A stretch of DNA of 64,000 nucleotides from Alphaproteobacteria bacterium (lineage in GTDB: Bacteria; Pseudomonadota; Alphaproteobacteria; JBFXJJ01), in NCBI GenBank assembly GCA_050175015.1, contig JBFXJJ010000001.1:32001-96000 (forward strand), read 5' to 3'. The notes under the pieces were generated by a model. It made no database searches, was not told the origin of the DNA, and saw nothing but the letters and a program-made list of their open reading frames with translations. Of this stretch, positions 18,401 to 27,211 are shown piece by piece; position 1 is the stretch's first letter; the number at the start of each line of letters is the position of its first letter. The position numbers and the translations under genes are program-made.

Positions 18401-21400
18401 CCTTTCATCAGTTTTCTTTCTGTAGAATGGTTTATATGAAGGACACGTTGGACATTCGGCACTGCCGTTTGAAAGCGGACATACAGCACCACAATTACGA
18501 CGAACAGTATCAAATGTCGTATCTGGAACGATACCTACAGGACAACGTTCAATTACATCATGGGTTGGTAAACCATAATTATATCTTGAGCAAAGCCAAA
18601 CACCAGTTGCTCCACAATAACCACGGCAACCCATCGGAGTATCTAAACTTGAGAATGAATTAGCGTGGAACCCTGCATAGTAAGAACCACTGGAATCACA
18701 AGCTGTACATCCTATTGCCGAACGGAAGTAAGGTGCATGAGGTGGACACGTTGGACAAATTGACGCTCTAACACCAGCAACAATGTCATGACTATGATGC
18801 GCACCTGATACTATTGTATTAGGACAATCTACACATTCGCCACTAACACACATTTTACCACTACCTTCAATACAAGCATGGTGATTCAAGCAGTAACAAC
18901 CGCCTTCGCCATCATCTCCAAAGTTCTTTGGACAAGACTGACAAACATAATCCTCATCACAATCATCACAGAAAGAGCTTGTTTGATTTGGTGTATGACA
19001 TGACGAACAGAAATATTCACCATTTCTCTTTATTCTGTAATACGGTTTTGTATAAGGACAAGAGTTACAAGTATTAACAGCCCCATCAGATGTCGGACAA
19101 AGAGTATCACATCTTTTCCAAGCGGTTGTTCTAGTATCAACCATACCTATTGGACAACGGTATTCTTTAACTCCAGAATTTAACTGATTACACTGCCAAT
19201 TACTGGTATTTGTAGAACCTCCCCATGTATAGCCACAAAGACCTCTACAACCCTTGGTCTCTTCATAGCTCTTGTTTACATTGTTATAATTAAACGTGTA
19301 ATAATGCCAAGAATATGAGGCCCCTGTATTTTTTGGAGCCGAACAAGGGACACAGCCCGAGAACTTAGTCCAAGGAACGGAAGCTACAGGACTGCCCTGT
19401 CCAACTACATGGAAGTGGTCATCATACCTCCAGAATGGGGCATGAATAGGGCAAGTACCGCAAGTTTGCTCATAGCGTTGATCTATAATTGCAGCATTTG
19501 TGCTATAGACTGTCCAAGTTGTATCACATTCTGTACAGGTACCACTAACACATTCATAGCCACTTTGAGCACCACAATCATAATCCTCAGAACAACTCTT
19601 TCCAATATATTCAAAATCAACACATTCTCCACCATCTGGACAAGTACTTCCAATCGTTGAATTTGCCTGTTTACAACAAGTGCAGAAATATTGATCTACT
19701 GGACCTTTTGAATTTTCTGCTGTTTTTTTACGGAAGAACGGCTTGTATGACGGACAAGTATCACATTCCCCACCAGTTTCTGTAGTATCACATAATGTTG
19801 TACAACTTCTCCAAACAGCATCGAACGGTATTGGGTTCATATAACCAACAGGACAACGTGCCATAATACTATATGAAGTATTTGGATAAGCATAACGTTG
19901 ACACTGCCAATTATTACAATAACCACGACACCCTAAAATTGCACTACCAGGAAAACCATTATAGTAGAAATTGGCCCAATAGGCTCCAGCTGTTGAACAA
20001 GGAGAACATGCTCCTATAGCTGCACGATAGAACGGAGCATATGTTGGACAACTTCCACAGGTAGATGCTCTAACTGTAGCAAGGAGTTCTTGAGAACCTT
20101 CTGAACCTCCAACGTTAGCTGAAGGACAAGCTTCACATTCTCCTGTTGAGAAGTTACATTGCCTACCACTACCTTCACCACAAGCATGATGGCTTATACA
20201 ACGACATTTGCCTGTCCCATCGTCTTCGGTATAATCTGGACAGCCCAAACATACATAGTTTTCATCACAAATACCACAGTAACTACTTGGTGTGCTTGGT
20301 GTATGACACGCTGTACATAAATATTCACCACTTGGCTTCTTACGGTAATATGGCTTGTTATATGGACACGAGTTACAAGTATTACTTTCACCATCAGATG
20401 TTGAACATACCGCACCGCATTTAGTCCAAGCTCCTGTTCTTGCATCAACAATACCAACTGGACAACGAGCTTGCCAAGAACCCTGATTTGATTGCATACA
20501 CTGCCATTTATCAGAAAGTGATGTACTTCCAGAGTAATAGCCGCAAAGACCTCGGCATCCAGGATAGTCATCGGCTGTTTTATATGGGCTTATACCATTG
20601 CTAAATGTCCAAGAATGCCAGTAATATGCCGTTCCTGTGTTCTTTGGAGCCGAACAAGGCACACAACCTGCGAATTTAGACCAACCTCCACCAGTATGGT
20701 CATCATAACGCCAGAATGGAGCATGTATTGGACAAGTTCCACAAGTCTTATCTTGTGATTGATCTATAACAGCACCGTTGTTAAAATTAATAGTCCAAGT
20801 TGTATCACATTCTGTACACTTACCATCAACACATTCATAACCACTTTCAGCACCGCAATCGTAATTTTCTGAACAATCCTTACCGGTATATTCAAAATCC
20901 GTACAAGTACCGCCGTCTGGACAAGTTCCTCCATTAGTACTATTTGCTCGCTTACAACACGTACAGAAATATTGATCTAATGGGCCAGTTGATCTTGCTG
21001 TAGTTTTCTTACGGAAATATGGTTTATGTGGCGGACAAGTATCACATGTACTTGTGTTATCATTTGTTGGACATAAATTAGTACAATTACGTCTTGTAGT
21101 ATCAAACAATAATGGAACATCGTACCCTACTGGACAACGCTCAATTATTCCATGAGTAGATAAACCATGATTATATCTTGAACATACCCAACTACTACAA
21201 TAACCACGGCACCCCACAGGCGTATTTAAAAGCGGGAAAGGATTGCCATGATGAACAGCATAATAAGCTGCACTAGAGTCACAAGGTTGACAACCACCAG
21301 ATCTATAATAAGGAGCATAAGGTGGGCACGTTGGACAAACTGATGCCCTAACTGCAGCAACAGTATCATGCGAATGATTAGCTCCTGATATAACTGTAGA

Positions 21401-24400
21401 TGGACAAGCTACACAAGCACCGTTCACACACATTTTTCCGCTGCCTTCACCACAAGCATGGTGATTAGCACAAAGACAACGACCATTACCATCATCTATG
21501 AAGTTTTCTGGACAACCCAAACACGTATAATCAGCATCACACTCACCACAGAAAGAACTTGGCTGGCTTGGTGTATGACATGACGAACAGAAGTATTCAC
21601 CATTTGGTTTCATACGATAATAGGGAGTTGTAACAGGACAAGAATTACAAGTGTTAGCCTCACCATCATTAGTATCACAAAGAGGACCACACACAGTCCA
21701 AGCTGCTGTTCTCTGATCAACAATGCCTACTGGACAACGATACTCTTTCGCTCCACTATTAAGCTGCATACAAGCCCAGTTACTTCCAGGATATTGACCA
21801 GACTGATAACCACAAATACCACGACAGCCCGGAGAATCATCAGCACTCTTATTTAAAGCAGAGTTATTAAATGGATAATAATGCCAATAAGATGCAGATG
21901 AACCTGTACTCTTAGATGCCGAACATGGGACACAACCAGCAAATTGAGGCCAAGCAGTCCCTGTAGGATTGCCTTCTACAGAAGTATGAGAGTGATCATC
22001 ATAACGCCAGAATGGAGCGTGCGGTGGACATGTTCCACATGTTTTTTCACCAGCATGATCTATGATAGAACCAGTAACCGCGGTTAATGTCCAAGAAGTA
22101 TCACACTCTGTACATTTACCATTAACACATTCGTAGCCACTTTGGGCACCACAATCATAGTTATCTGAGCAATCTTTGCCAGTATATTCAAAGTCTGTAC
22201 AAGTACCACCAGATGGGCAAGTGCCTCCATCTGTAGTATTAGCTTGTTTACAACACGTACAGAAGTACTGATTTATAGGACCTGATGATCTATGATCTGT
22301 TTTCTTACGGAAATATGGTTTATATGACGGACAAGTTCCACAAGATGTAGTATTATCTCCTGTTGGACAAAGTGTTGAACATGCTCTATAAGTCGCGTCA
22401 TATGGATATGGAGGCTGATAACCTACAGGACAACGAGCAATAATATGATGTTGGTTATAGTTCCAAGCATATATAGAACAAATCCAAGCCCCAGCACCAC
22501 CACAGTAACCACGACAACCTAAGATACCTTTAGATGGCATAGCATTCTGCCAAACATTGCCATGATAAGCCGCGCTTGATTCACAAGGTGTACACCCGCC
22601 TGCTCCAGTTCTAAAGAAAGGAGCATATGTTGGGCATGTTCCACAGGTTGAGGCGGCTACACTAGCATTTGTTTCATGAGAACCTGAAGCTCCAGAAACT
22701 GGTACAGATGGACAAGCAACACACTTGCCACTTATACACTGCATACCACTGCCTTCTGAACCACAAGCAAAGTGATCAGTACATGCACAACTACCATCTC
22801 CTGGGTCTTCAAAGTGATCTGGACATGCTGTACACATATAGTTTTCATCACAAGCTCCACAGAACGAGCTTGGTTGATTTGGTGTATGACATGATGAACA
22901 GAAATATTCACCATTTGGTTTTTTACGATAATATGGAGAAACAGCTGGGCACGTATTACATGTATTAGCAGCACCATCTGCAATAGGACATAAAGTATTA
23001 CATACTGTCCAGGCCCCAGTTCTATTATCAACCATACCAACAGGACACATAGCAACATTAGAACCAGATGTTACCTGTAAACACATCCAAGCGCTTTGAG
23101 CTGACTGCCCAACTTGCGCTCCTGCCTGATAGCCGCAAAGACCTCGGCAACCTGGATACCCTTCTGGAGTCTTATAAGGAGAAACGTTCCATGCAAATGT
23201 ATGATAATACCAATAATAACTAGAACCTGTGTTCTTAGGTATGGCACATGGTACGCATCCAGAAAATTTAGTCCAAGGTGTTGCCGCTAAAGGATATCCT
23301 TGACCAACAGCATGGTTATGATCATCATAACGCCAGAATGGGGCATGCGGAGGGCAGGTTCCACAAGTTTTAATGCCAGATTGATCAAGATATGCGCCAT
23401 TAGTAGTAGATACAGTCCAAGAAGTATCACATTCTGTACACTTACCATTAACACACTCATAACCACTTTCTGCACCACATTCATAATTTTCTGTACAATC
23501 CTTAGACCATTCAAAATCTGTACACGTGCCTCCAGACGGACATGCGCCGCCATCGGTAGTATCTGCTTGTCTACAACAAGTACAGAAATATTGTTCAATA
23601 GGACCATTCACGTTTTCTTGAGGTTTTCTACGATAAAAAGGTTTGTATGATGGACACGTTGAACATGTTGCATCATTGTCTCCAAATGGACAAACGGTAT
23701 CACAGTCACGCCAAGTCTGATCAAACGGAGTTGGAGCAATCATACCAACTGGGCAACGAGTCATAATGTAATTAGTATTGATATTATAGGCATATCTACG
23801 ACAAGACCAAGCATTACAATATCCACGGCATCCAGGAATCTTAACATTAGGAAAACCATTTGGATAAATATTTGCCCAATATACTCCAGCCGCAGAACAA
23901 GGTGTACACCCTCCTGCGTCTTTTCTATAGAATGGAGCGTGAGGAGGACAACTTGGACAAGTAGAAGCTATAACTGTTGCATTAGTTTCATGAGAATAGT
24001 CACCACCACTGACAGCAGCAGAAGGACAAGCAACACAATCACCACTTACACACTGCATACCACTGCCTTCAGCACCACATGCAAAATGGTTTATACAACG
24101 GCAGCCACCTTTTCCATCGCTCTCAAAATTTGTAGGACATGTTTGGCATACATATTTTTCATCGCAATCATCACAATATGGGCTACTTGTACTTGGAGTG
24201 TGGCAAGACGTACAGAAATATTCACCACTAGGTTTCTTACGATAATATGGCTTTGTTGCGGGACAAGAATTACAAGTATTGCTTGATCCATCTGTAATTG
24301 GGCAAACTTGACAAGCTGTCCAAGCACTAGTTCTCTTATCAATCATACCTATCGGACAACGAGCCTGCCAAGAGCCTTGATTAGACTGCATACAACTCCA

Positions 24401-25516
24401 ATCACCTCCAGGATAAACTCCTCCTGTATAACCACAAAGACCACGACAACCTGGCAAGTCATCTGCGGCTTTATATGGGCTCACTGTATAATTAAACGTC
24501 CAATAGTGATTATAATATTGATAACCTGTATTTTTTGGTGCAGAACAAGGCACACAGCCTGAAAACTTAGTCCAATTTGTACCTGTTGGATTTCCTGTGG
24601 TTGAGGCATGATTATGATCATCATAACGCCAGAATGGAGCATGAACAGGACAAGTGCCGCAGGTTTTCTGCGTTGTATGGTCAATAATAGAAGCAACACC
24701 ACCTGTAGTAACAGTATTAATTGTCCATGTTGTATCGCATTCTACACATTTATTATCCACACATTCATAGCCTAAACTGTTTTTATCTACACTCATACAA
24801 TCAAAATTGTTGTTACAAGTTTTCGTCCATTCAAAATCTTTACAAATTCCTCCTTCTGGACAAGCTCCATCATCCGTAGAATCAGCTTGACGACAACAAG
24901 TGCAGAAATATTGGTCGACAGGACCTGTAGATTTGGCCTCTGTCTTTTTACGGTAATAAGGTTTATGAGCAGGGCACGTATCACACTCATTACTATTATC
25001 ATCTGTAGGACAAAGCTCTGTACAACTACGCCAAGTAGCATCAAGTAAAGACGGATTCATATAACCAACAGGACAACGGTACATGATGTTATATTGAGGT
25101 CTATAATGTCCATACCTCTGGCATTGCCAAGCAGCCGAAGCACCACAATATCCTCGGCAACCAGGAATTTTATAAGGAGGAACATCATGATAATAATATG
25201 TTGCGTGATAAGAATTTCCAGCTTCACAGGGAGTACAACCACCAGCTCCAGATCTAAAAAACGGGGCATACGTTGGACAGGTTCCACAAACAGATGCTGC
25301 AACAGCTGAGTTTAATTCATGACAATAATGCGCCCCAGAAACAGCCGCCGTTGCACAATTGGTACAAACTCCATCAACACATTCTCTACCACTGCCTTCA
25401 ATACCACAGTCAAAATGGCTAGTGCAGTACGTAGCGTATGAGACATTAGGAGAGCTGACTAAAATGGCACAAAATGTGATACCAAAAGATACTAATATAC
25501 TGATTTTATTGAACAT
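15434..25516 (-). CDS. Giant secreted cysteine-rich tandem-repeat protein (~3360 aa; seven ~430-aa repeats plus Cys-rich C-terminal region)
   Basis: Uninterrupted 10-kb ORF. ATG at 25516 has an upstream TAGGAG RBS. Sec-type signal MFNKISILVSFGITFCAILVSSPNVSYA. 46 Cys counted in repeat 2. Has its own terminator. Confidence 0.92.
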   Translation of the reverse strand: MFNKISILVSFGITFCAILVSSPNVSYATYCTSHFDCGIEGSGRECVDGVCTNCATAAVSGAHYCHELNSAVAASVCGTCPTYAPFFRSGAGGCTPCEAGNSYHATYYYHDVPPYKIPGCRGYCGASAAWQCQRYGHYRPQYNIMYRCPVGYMNPSLLDATWRSCTELCPTDDNSNECDTCPAHKPYYRKKTEAKSTGPVDQYFCTCCRQADSTDDGACPEGGICKDFEWTKTCNNNFDCMSVDKNSLGYECVDNKCVECDTTWTINTVTTGGVASIIDHTTQKTCGTCPVHAPFWRYDDHNHASTTGNPTGTNWTKFSGCVPCSAPKNTGYQYYNHYWTFNYTVSPYKAADDLPGCRGLCGYTGGVYPGGDWSCMQSNQGSWQARCPIGMIDKRTSAWTACQVCPITDGSSNTCNSCPATKPYYRKKPSGEYFCTSCHTPSTSSPYCDDCDEKYVCQTCPTNFESDGKGGCRCINHFACGAEGSGMQCVSGDCVACPSAAVSGGDYSHETNATVIASTCPSCPPHAPFYRKDAGGCTPCSAAGVYWANIYPNGFPNVKIPGCRGYCNAWSCRRYAYNINTNYIMTRCPVGMIAPTPFDQTWRDCDTVCPFGDNDATCSTCPSYKPFYRRKPQENVNGPIEQYFCTCCRQADTTDGGACPSGGTCTDFEWSKDCTENYECGAESGYECVNGKCTECDTSWTVSTTNGAYLDQSGIKTCGTCPPHAPFWRYDDHNHAVGQGYPLAATPWTKFSGCVPCAIPKNTGSSYYWYYHTFAWNVSPYKTPEGYPGCRGLCGYQAGAQVGQSAQSAWMCLQVTSGSNVAMCPVGMVDNRTGAWTVCNTLCPIADGAANTCNTCPAVSPYYRKKPNGEYFCSSCHTPNQPSSFCGACDENYMCTACPDHFEDPGDGSCACTDHFACGSEGSGMQCISGKCVACPSVPVSGASGSHETNASVAASTCGTCPTYAPFFRTGAGGCTPCESSAAYHGNVWQNAMPSKGILGCRGYCGGAGAWICSIYAWNYNQHHIIARCPVGYQPPYPYDATYRACSTLCPTGDNTTSCGTCPSYKPYFRKKTDHRSSGPINQYFCTCCKQANTTDGGTCPSGGTCTDFEYTGKDCSDNYDCGAQSGYECVNGKCTECDTSWTLTAVTGSIIDHAGEKTCGTCPPHAPFWRYDDHSHTSVEGNPTGTAWPQFAGCVPCSASKSTGSSASYWHYYPFNNSALNKSADDSPGCRGICGYQSGQYPGSNWACMQLNSGAKEYRCPVGIVDQRTAAWTVCGPLCDTNDGEANTCNSCPVTTPYYRMKPNGEYFCSSCHTPSQPSSFCGECDADYTCLGCPENFIDDGNGRCLCANHHACGEGSGKMCVNGACVACPSTVISGANHSHDTVAAVRASVCPTCPPYAPYYRSGGCQPCDSSAAYYAVHHGNPFPLLNTPVGCRGYCSSWVCSRYNHGLSTHGIIERCPVGYDVPLLFDTTRRNCTNLCPTNDNTSTCDTCPPHKPYFRKKTTARSTGPLDQYFCTCCKRANSTNGGTCPDGGTCTDFEYTGKDCSENYDCGAESGYECVDGKCTECDTTWTINFNNGAVIDQSQDKTCGTCPIHAPFWRYDDHTGGGWSKFAGCVPCSAPKNTGTAYYWHSWTFSNGISPYKTADDYPGCRGLCGYYSGSTSLSDKWQCMQSNQGSWQARCPVGIVDARTGAWTKCGAVCSTSDGESNTCNSCPYNKPYYRKKPSGEYLCTACHTPSTPSSYCGICDENYVCLGCPDYTEDDGTGKCRCISHHACGEGSGRQCNFSTGECEACPSANVGGSEGSQELLATVRASTCGSCPTYAPFYRAAIGACSPCSTAGAYWANFYYNGFPGSAILGCRGYCNNWQCQRYAYPNTSYSIMARCPVGYMNPIPFDAVWRSCTTLCDTTETGGECDTCPSYKPFFRKKTAENSKGPVDQYFCTCCKQANSTIGSTCPDGGECVDFEYIGKSCSEDYDCGAQSGYECVSGTCTECDTTWTVYSTNAAIIDQRYEQTCGTCPIHAPFWRYDDHFHVVGQGSPVASVPWTKFSGCVPCSAPKNTGASYSWHYYTFNYNNVNKSYEETKGCRGLCGYTWGGSTNTSNWQCNQLNSGVKEYRCPIGMVDTRTTAWKRCDTLCPTSDGAVNTCNSCPYTKPYYRIKRNGEYFCSSCHTPNQTSSFCDDCDEDYVCQSCPKNFGDDGEGGCYCLNHHACIEGSGKMCVSGECVDCPNTIVSGAHHSHDIVAGVRASICPTCPPHAPYFRSAIGCTACDSSGSYYAGFHANSFSSLDTPMGCRGYCGATGVWLCSRYNYGLPTHDVIERCPVGIVPDTTFDTVRRNCGAVCPLSNGSAECPTCPSYKPFYRKKTDERSTGPIDKYFCTCCKQSDSTEGGTCPDGGTCKDFEYTGKSCSENYDCGAQNGYECVDGTCVECSTSWTVSFTNGAFIDQSLDKTCGTCPPHAPFWRYDDHTGGGRDKFSGCVPCSAPKNTGTAYSWYYHTFKWDVSPYKTPDGYPGCRGLCGYTWGSSSPSDKWQCNQITSGANIAMCPVGMVDNRTGAWTKCATICPISDGEEYICNTCPSTKPYYRVKQNGEYFCTSCHTASQPSEYCSECDENYVCGKCPENFKEDGEGGCICANHHACGEGSGKQCDANTGECVACPSVPISGAHYSEETNAAVRASVCGSCPTHSPYYRTAAGGCTPCEAGGSHHATFYPNDVSRYDTPGCRGYCGATVAWQCQRNAHDRNAHGIMYRCPIGFIPPTPFDNSWRSCVNLCPTEEGTAECQTCPSYKPYYRKKAESKSTGPIDQYFCTCCNKANSTEFSNCPDGGECVDFEWIGPTCKENYDCGAGSGLECVNGQCVECDTSWTINMTNAGIIDHFGEKTCGTCPPHAPFWRHDSHNHEATEGTPTGTTWPKFAGCVPCSAPRDVGTSYSWHYYPFNYTVLNKSADDLPGCRGLCGYTWGTGIGTSWQCMQSTQGAKEYRCPIGMVDSRTTAWTRCNQICSTADGAQNTCNTCPSHKPYYRIKQSGEYFCAECHTPGGQNGCPSTGVICDENYECNYGGDVEIPDLCTFDSDCGAGFKCTGDPKYCAECSTSSACGSCNCGSSQKPDGNGACVNTNSCCTGSCNLATGANSCSYSDAACSGVQQCQTSGTNAGSCCGSYTPYWKNNACKPCTGTSGHTGTCDTPGMMCNSNYECVECTGDQAGCIECYTNSHCSGIRQCRSDNKCCPSETPYWSGSECLECLENRHCSSNICQNGECKTADTVDCGMNQIWYNGECKDCPSGASYSSGTCVCSNDKIWNPYTNTCVDSIDRDGVSTSDGTIDTDRLQPVAIDDLSEERYNRIKSKMTRIIDTLRE
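16335..25426 (-). repeat. Seven tandem intragenic repeats of ~1.27-1.31 kb
   Basis: CxxCH anchor codons at 24200, 22886, 21575, 20303, 18995, 17711 and 16400 (spacings 1314, 1311, 1272, 1308, 1284, 1311 bp). Confidence 0.92.
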
Positions 25517-25758
25517 GTTCTGTTCTCCTAATGCAAGATGTAAAAAACCCATTAAGCTCTTTACACATGGAAACCCTTATCTGTATTTTGCCTTAAAATT
25601 TATCCCAATGCAATTAAAAAAAATGCGCTATTTTTATGAAAATTCTATATTTTTTTTATTTTTATTTAATACAATTTTTTAATTCTGTTTTGTTTCAATC
25701 TGTCTTTTTTTAAAAAATATTCCTTTTTTATAAGACTGCTTTTTTAGAATCTTATGAC

Positions 25759-27174
25759 TTAAATAAAAACCTTTATGTAATCTCTTTCTATTTCTTCATC
25801 ACACAAATCCTCGCCATCTTTAGCAAGCATAAAATCATAAAGACCAAGACCATTAAGCACTCTGAAATAAGCATTGTTATATTTGCCATAAGGCATATTT
25901 TCTGCTAGTTCTGATACAGTTTTATTACTTACATTTTTTAGAACATGGATAGAAGATGGTTCTATTTTTTTGGCTTCTTCCTCTGAATAACGCTTAAAAG
26001 ACTTAGATATAATTTCTTCCCAATCATCAAAATTATCTCCATTATTTTTAGTATCAATAAATCTAAAATAATAGCTCTGCTCATCTTTATCTTTTTTTAC
26101 GTAATCTTTCATCGTTGCTTTCTTAATTTCATACATTATTTCGTTTTTAGAAACGATAAAAAACTCCTCTTTTTTTTCATCTACAAAAACTAATCCTTCT
26201 TGGATATCGTCAAAATTACTTGCAGGTCTTAAATTTTCGGGCAAATTAAATGAAATTCGCAATTCTGGATTCGTGTAAGATTTTCCCTTTAAAAAACCTT
26301 TACCTATTTTATTGCCACAAACCAATCCCTCAATCGCCTCAAAAAACGGTTTTTTGTTCAATTTGAAATCCTCACTCAAAGCGTTAGAACTTTCAATGAT
26401 TGCTTTTTGTATTCTTTCTTTTGTTCTGGGGTGCGTTTCCATAATATCAATTTTATCGGCATCTTTAACTTTGCCGCCGTTCATAACTGCTGCTAATTTG
26501 CTATAAGCATAGAATGTTTCGAAACCTGCAACACTTGCCTCTGGATCATAGCCTGCTTTCGACATATATCTTATTCCCAATTTATCGGCTTCAAACTCTT
26601 GTTTCCTAGTAAATCCTCTTAACAAAACAGATGTTAACGTATCAAGACCATTATCAAACATATCGTTTGTTGTTTGACCATTTCCTGACATCAAAGCCTT
26701 AATGGCAAGTTTAGTGAATTTAGCCCAATAGTATTGAGCGATTGCTTCTGATATATGCCTTGCATTAACATGACCTAGCTCGTGTCCCAAAATACTAGCT
26801 AACTCAGCCTCACTGTTAAGATACGATAAAAGTCCCCGATAAATATAAATATATCCACCAGAAACAGCAAAAGCATTTACATCTGGAGCATCTAAAACAA
26901 AAAAACGATATTTATATTCTTGATTTTCAACGTGTTTTGCTAATTCGTTTCCTATTTTAGTAACATAATTTTGAACTTTTATATTCTCATATTCGCCACC
27001 ATTCTCTTTTAAAACTTGGGCATGATTTTTTTTAGTATCCTCAATGTCATATTTGACGCTTGTTCCGATAAGTGACATTCTACCTGTGGCTATATTTCGA
27101 GCACAACCTGATAAACCCAAAGTTGCACAAGATGCCAGAAACCCTTTACCAAAATTGCGACGGTTTATTTTCAT
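25759..27174 (-). CDS. M48 family zinc metalloprotease, predicted Tat-exported lipoprotein
   Basis: INRRNF twin-arginine motif plus LSGC lipobox; VNAFA..GG, HELGH, QEFEAD..G, THP motifs. Confidence 0.9.
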   Translation of the reverse strand: MKINRRNFGKGFLASCATLGLSGCARNIATGRMSLIGTSVKYDIEDTKKNHAQVLKENGGEYENIKVQNYVTKIGNELAKHVENQEYKYRFFVLDAPDVNAFAVSGGYIYIYRGLLSYLNSEAELASILGHELGHVNARHISEAIAQYYWAKFTKLAIKALMSGNGQTTNDMFDNGLDTLTSVLLRGFTRKQEFEADKLGIRYMSKAGYDPEASVAGFETFYAYSKLAAVMNGGKVKDADKIDIMETHPRTKERIQKAIIESSNALSEDFKLNKKPFFEAIEGLVCGNKIGKGFLKGKSYTNPELRISFNLPENLRPASNFDDIQEGLVFVDEKKEEFFIVSKNEIMYEIKKATMKDYVKKDKDEQSYYFRFIDTKNNGDNFDDWEEIISKSFKRYSEEEAKKIEPSSIHVLKNVSNKTVSELAENMPYGKYNNAYFRVLNGLGLYDFMLAKDGEDLCDEEIERDYIKVFI

Positions 27175-27211
27175 ATTTCAAAAAACTCCAAACTATGCCA
27201 TAGTTATAAAA

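Noticed and set aside
15434-25516. Diversity-generating retroelement or CRISPR explanation for the repeats
   Set aside because: No reverse transcriptase or cas gene in the window. The repeats are in-frame ~1.3-kb coding units differing by indels and at all bases, not adenine-specific changes.
16126-25682. Many 65-140 aa alternative-frame and antisense ORFs inside the giant gene
   Set aside because: Shadow ORFs caused by the biased Cys/Thr/Gly codon content; they recur with the repeat period and I saw no independent evidence of expression.
27044-27211. N-terminal extension of the thermonuclease ORF as called in the ORF track
   Set aside because: It overlaps the M48 gene head-to-head by 131 bp; the downstream ATG gives a normal signal peptide.
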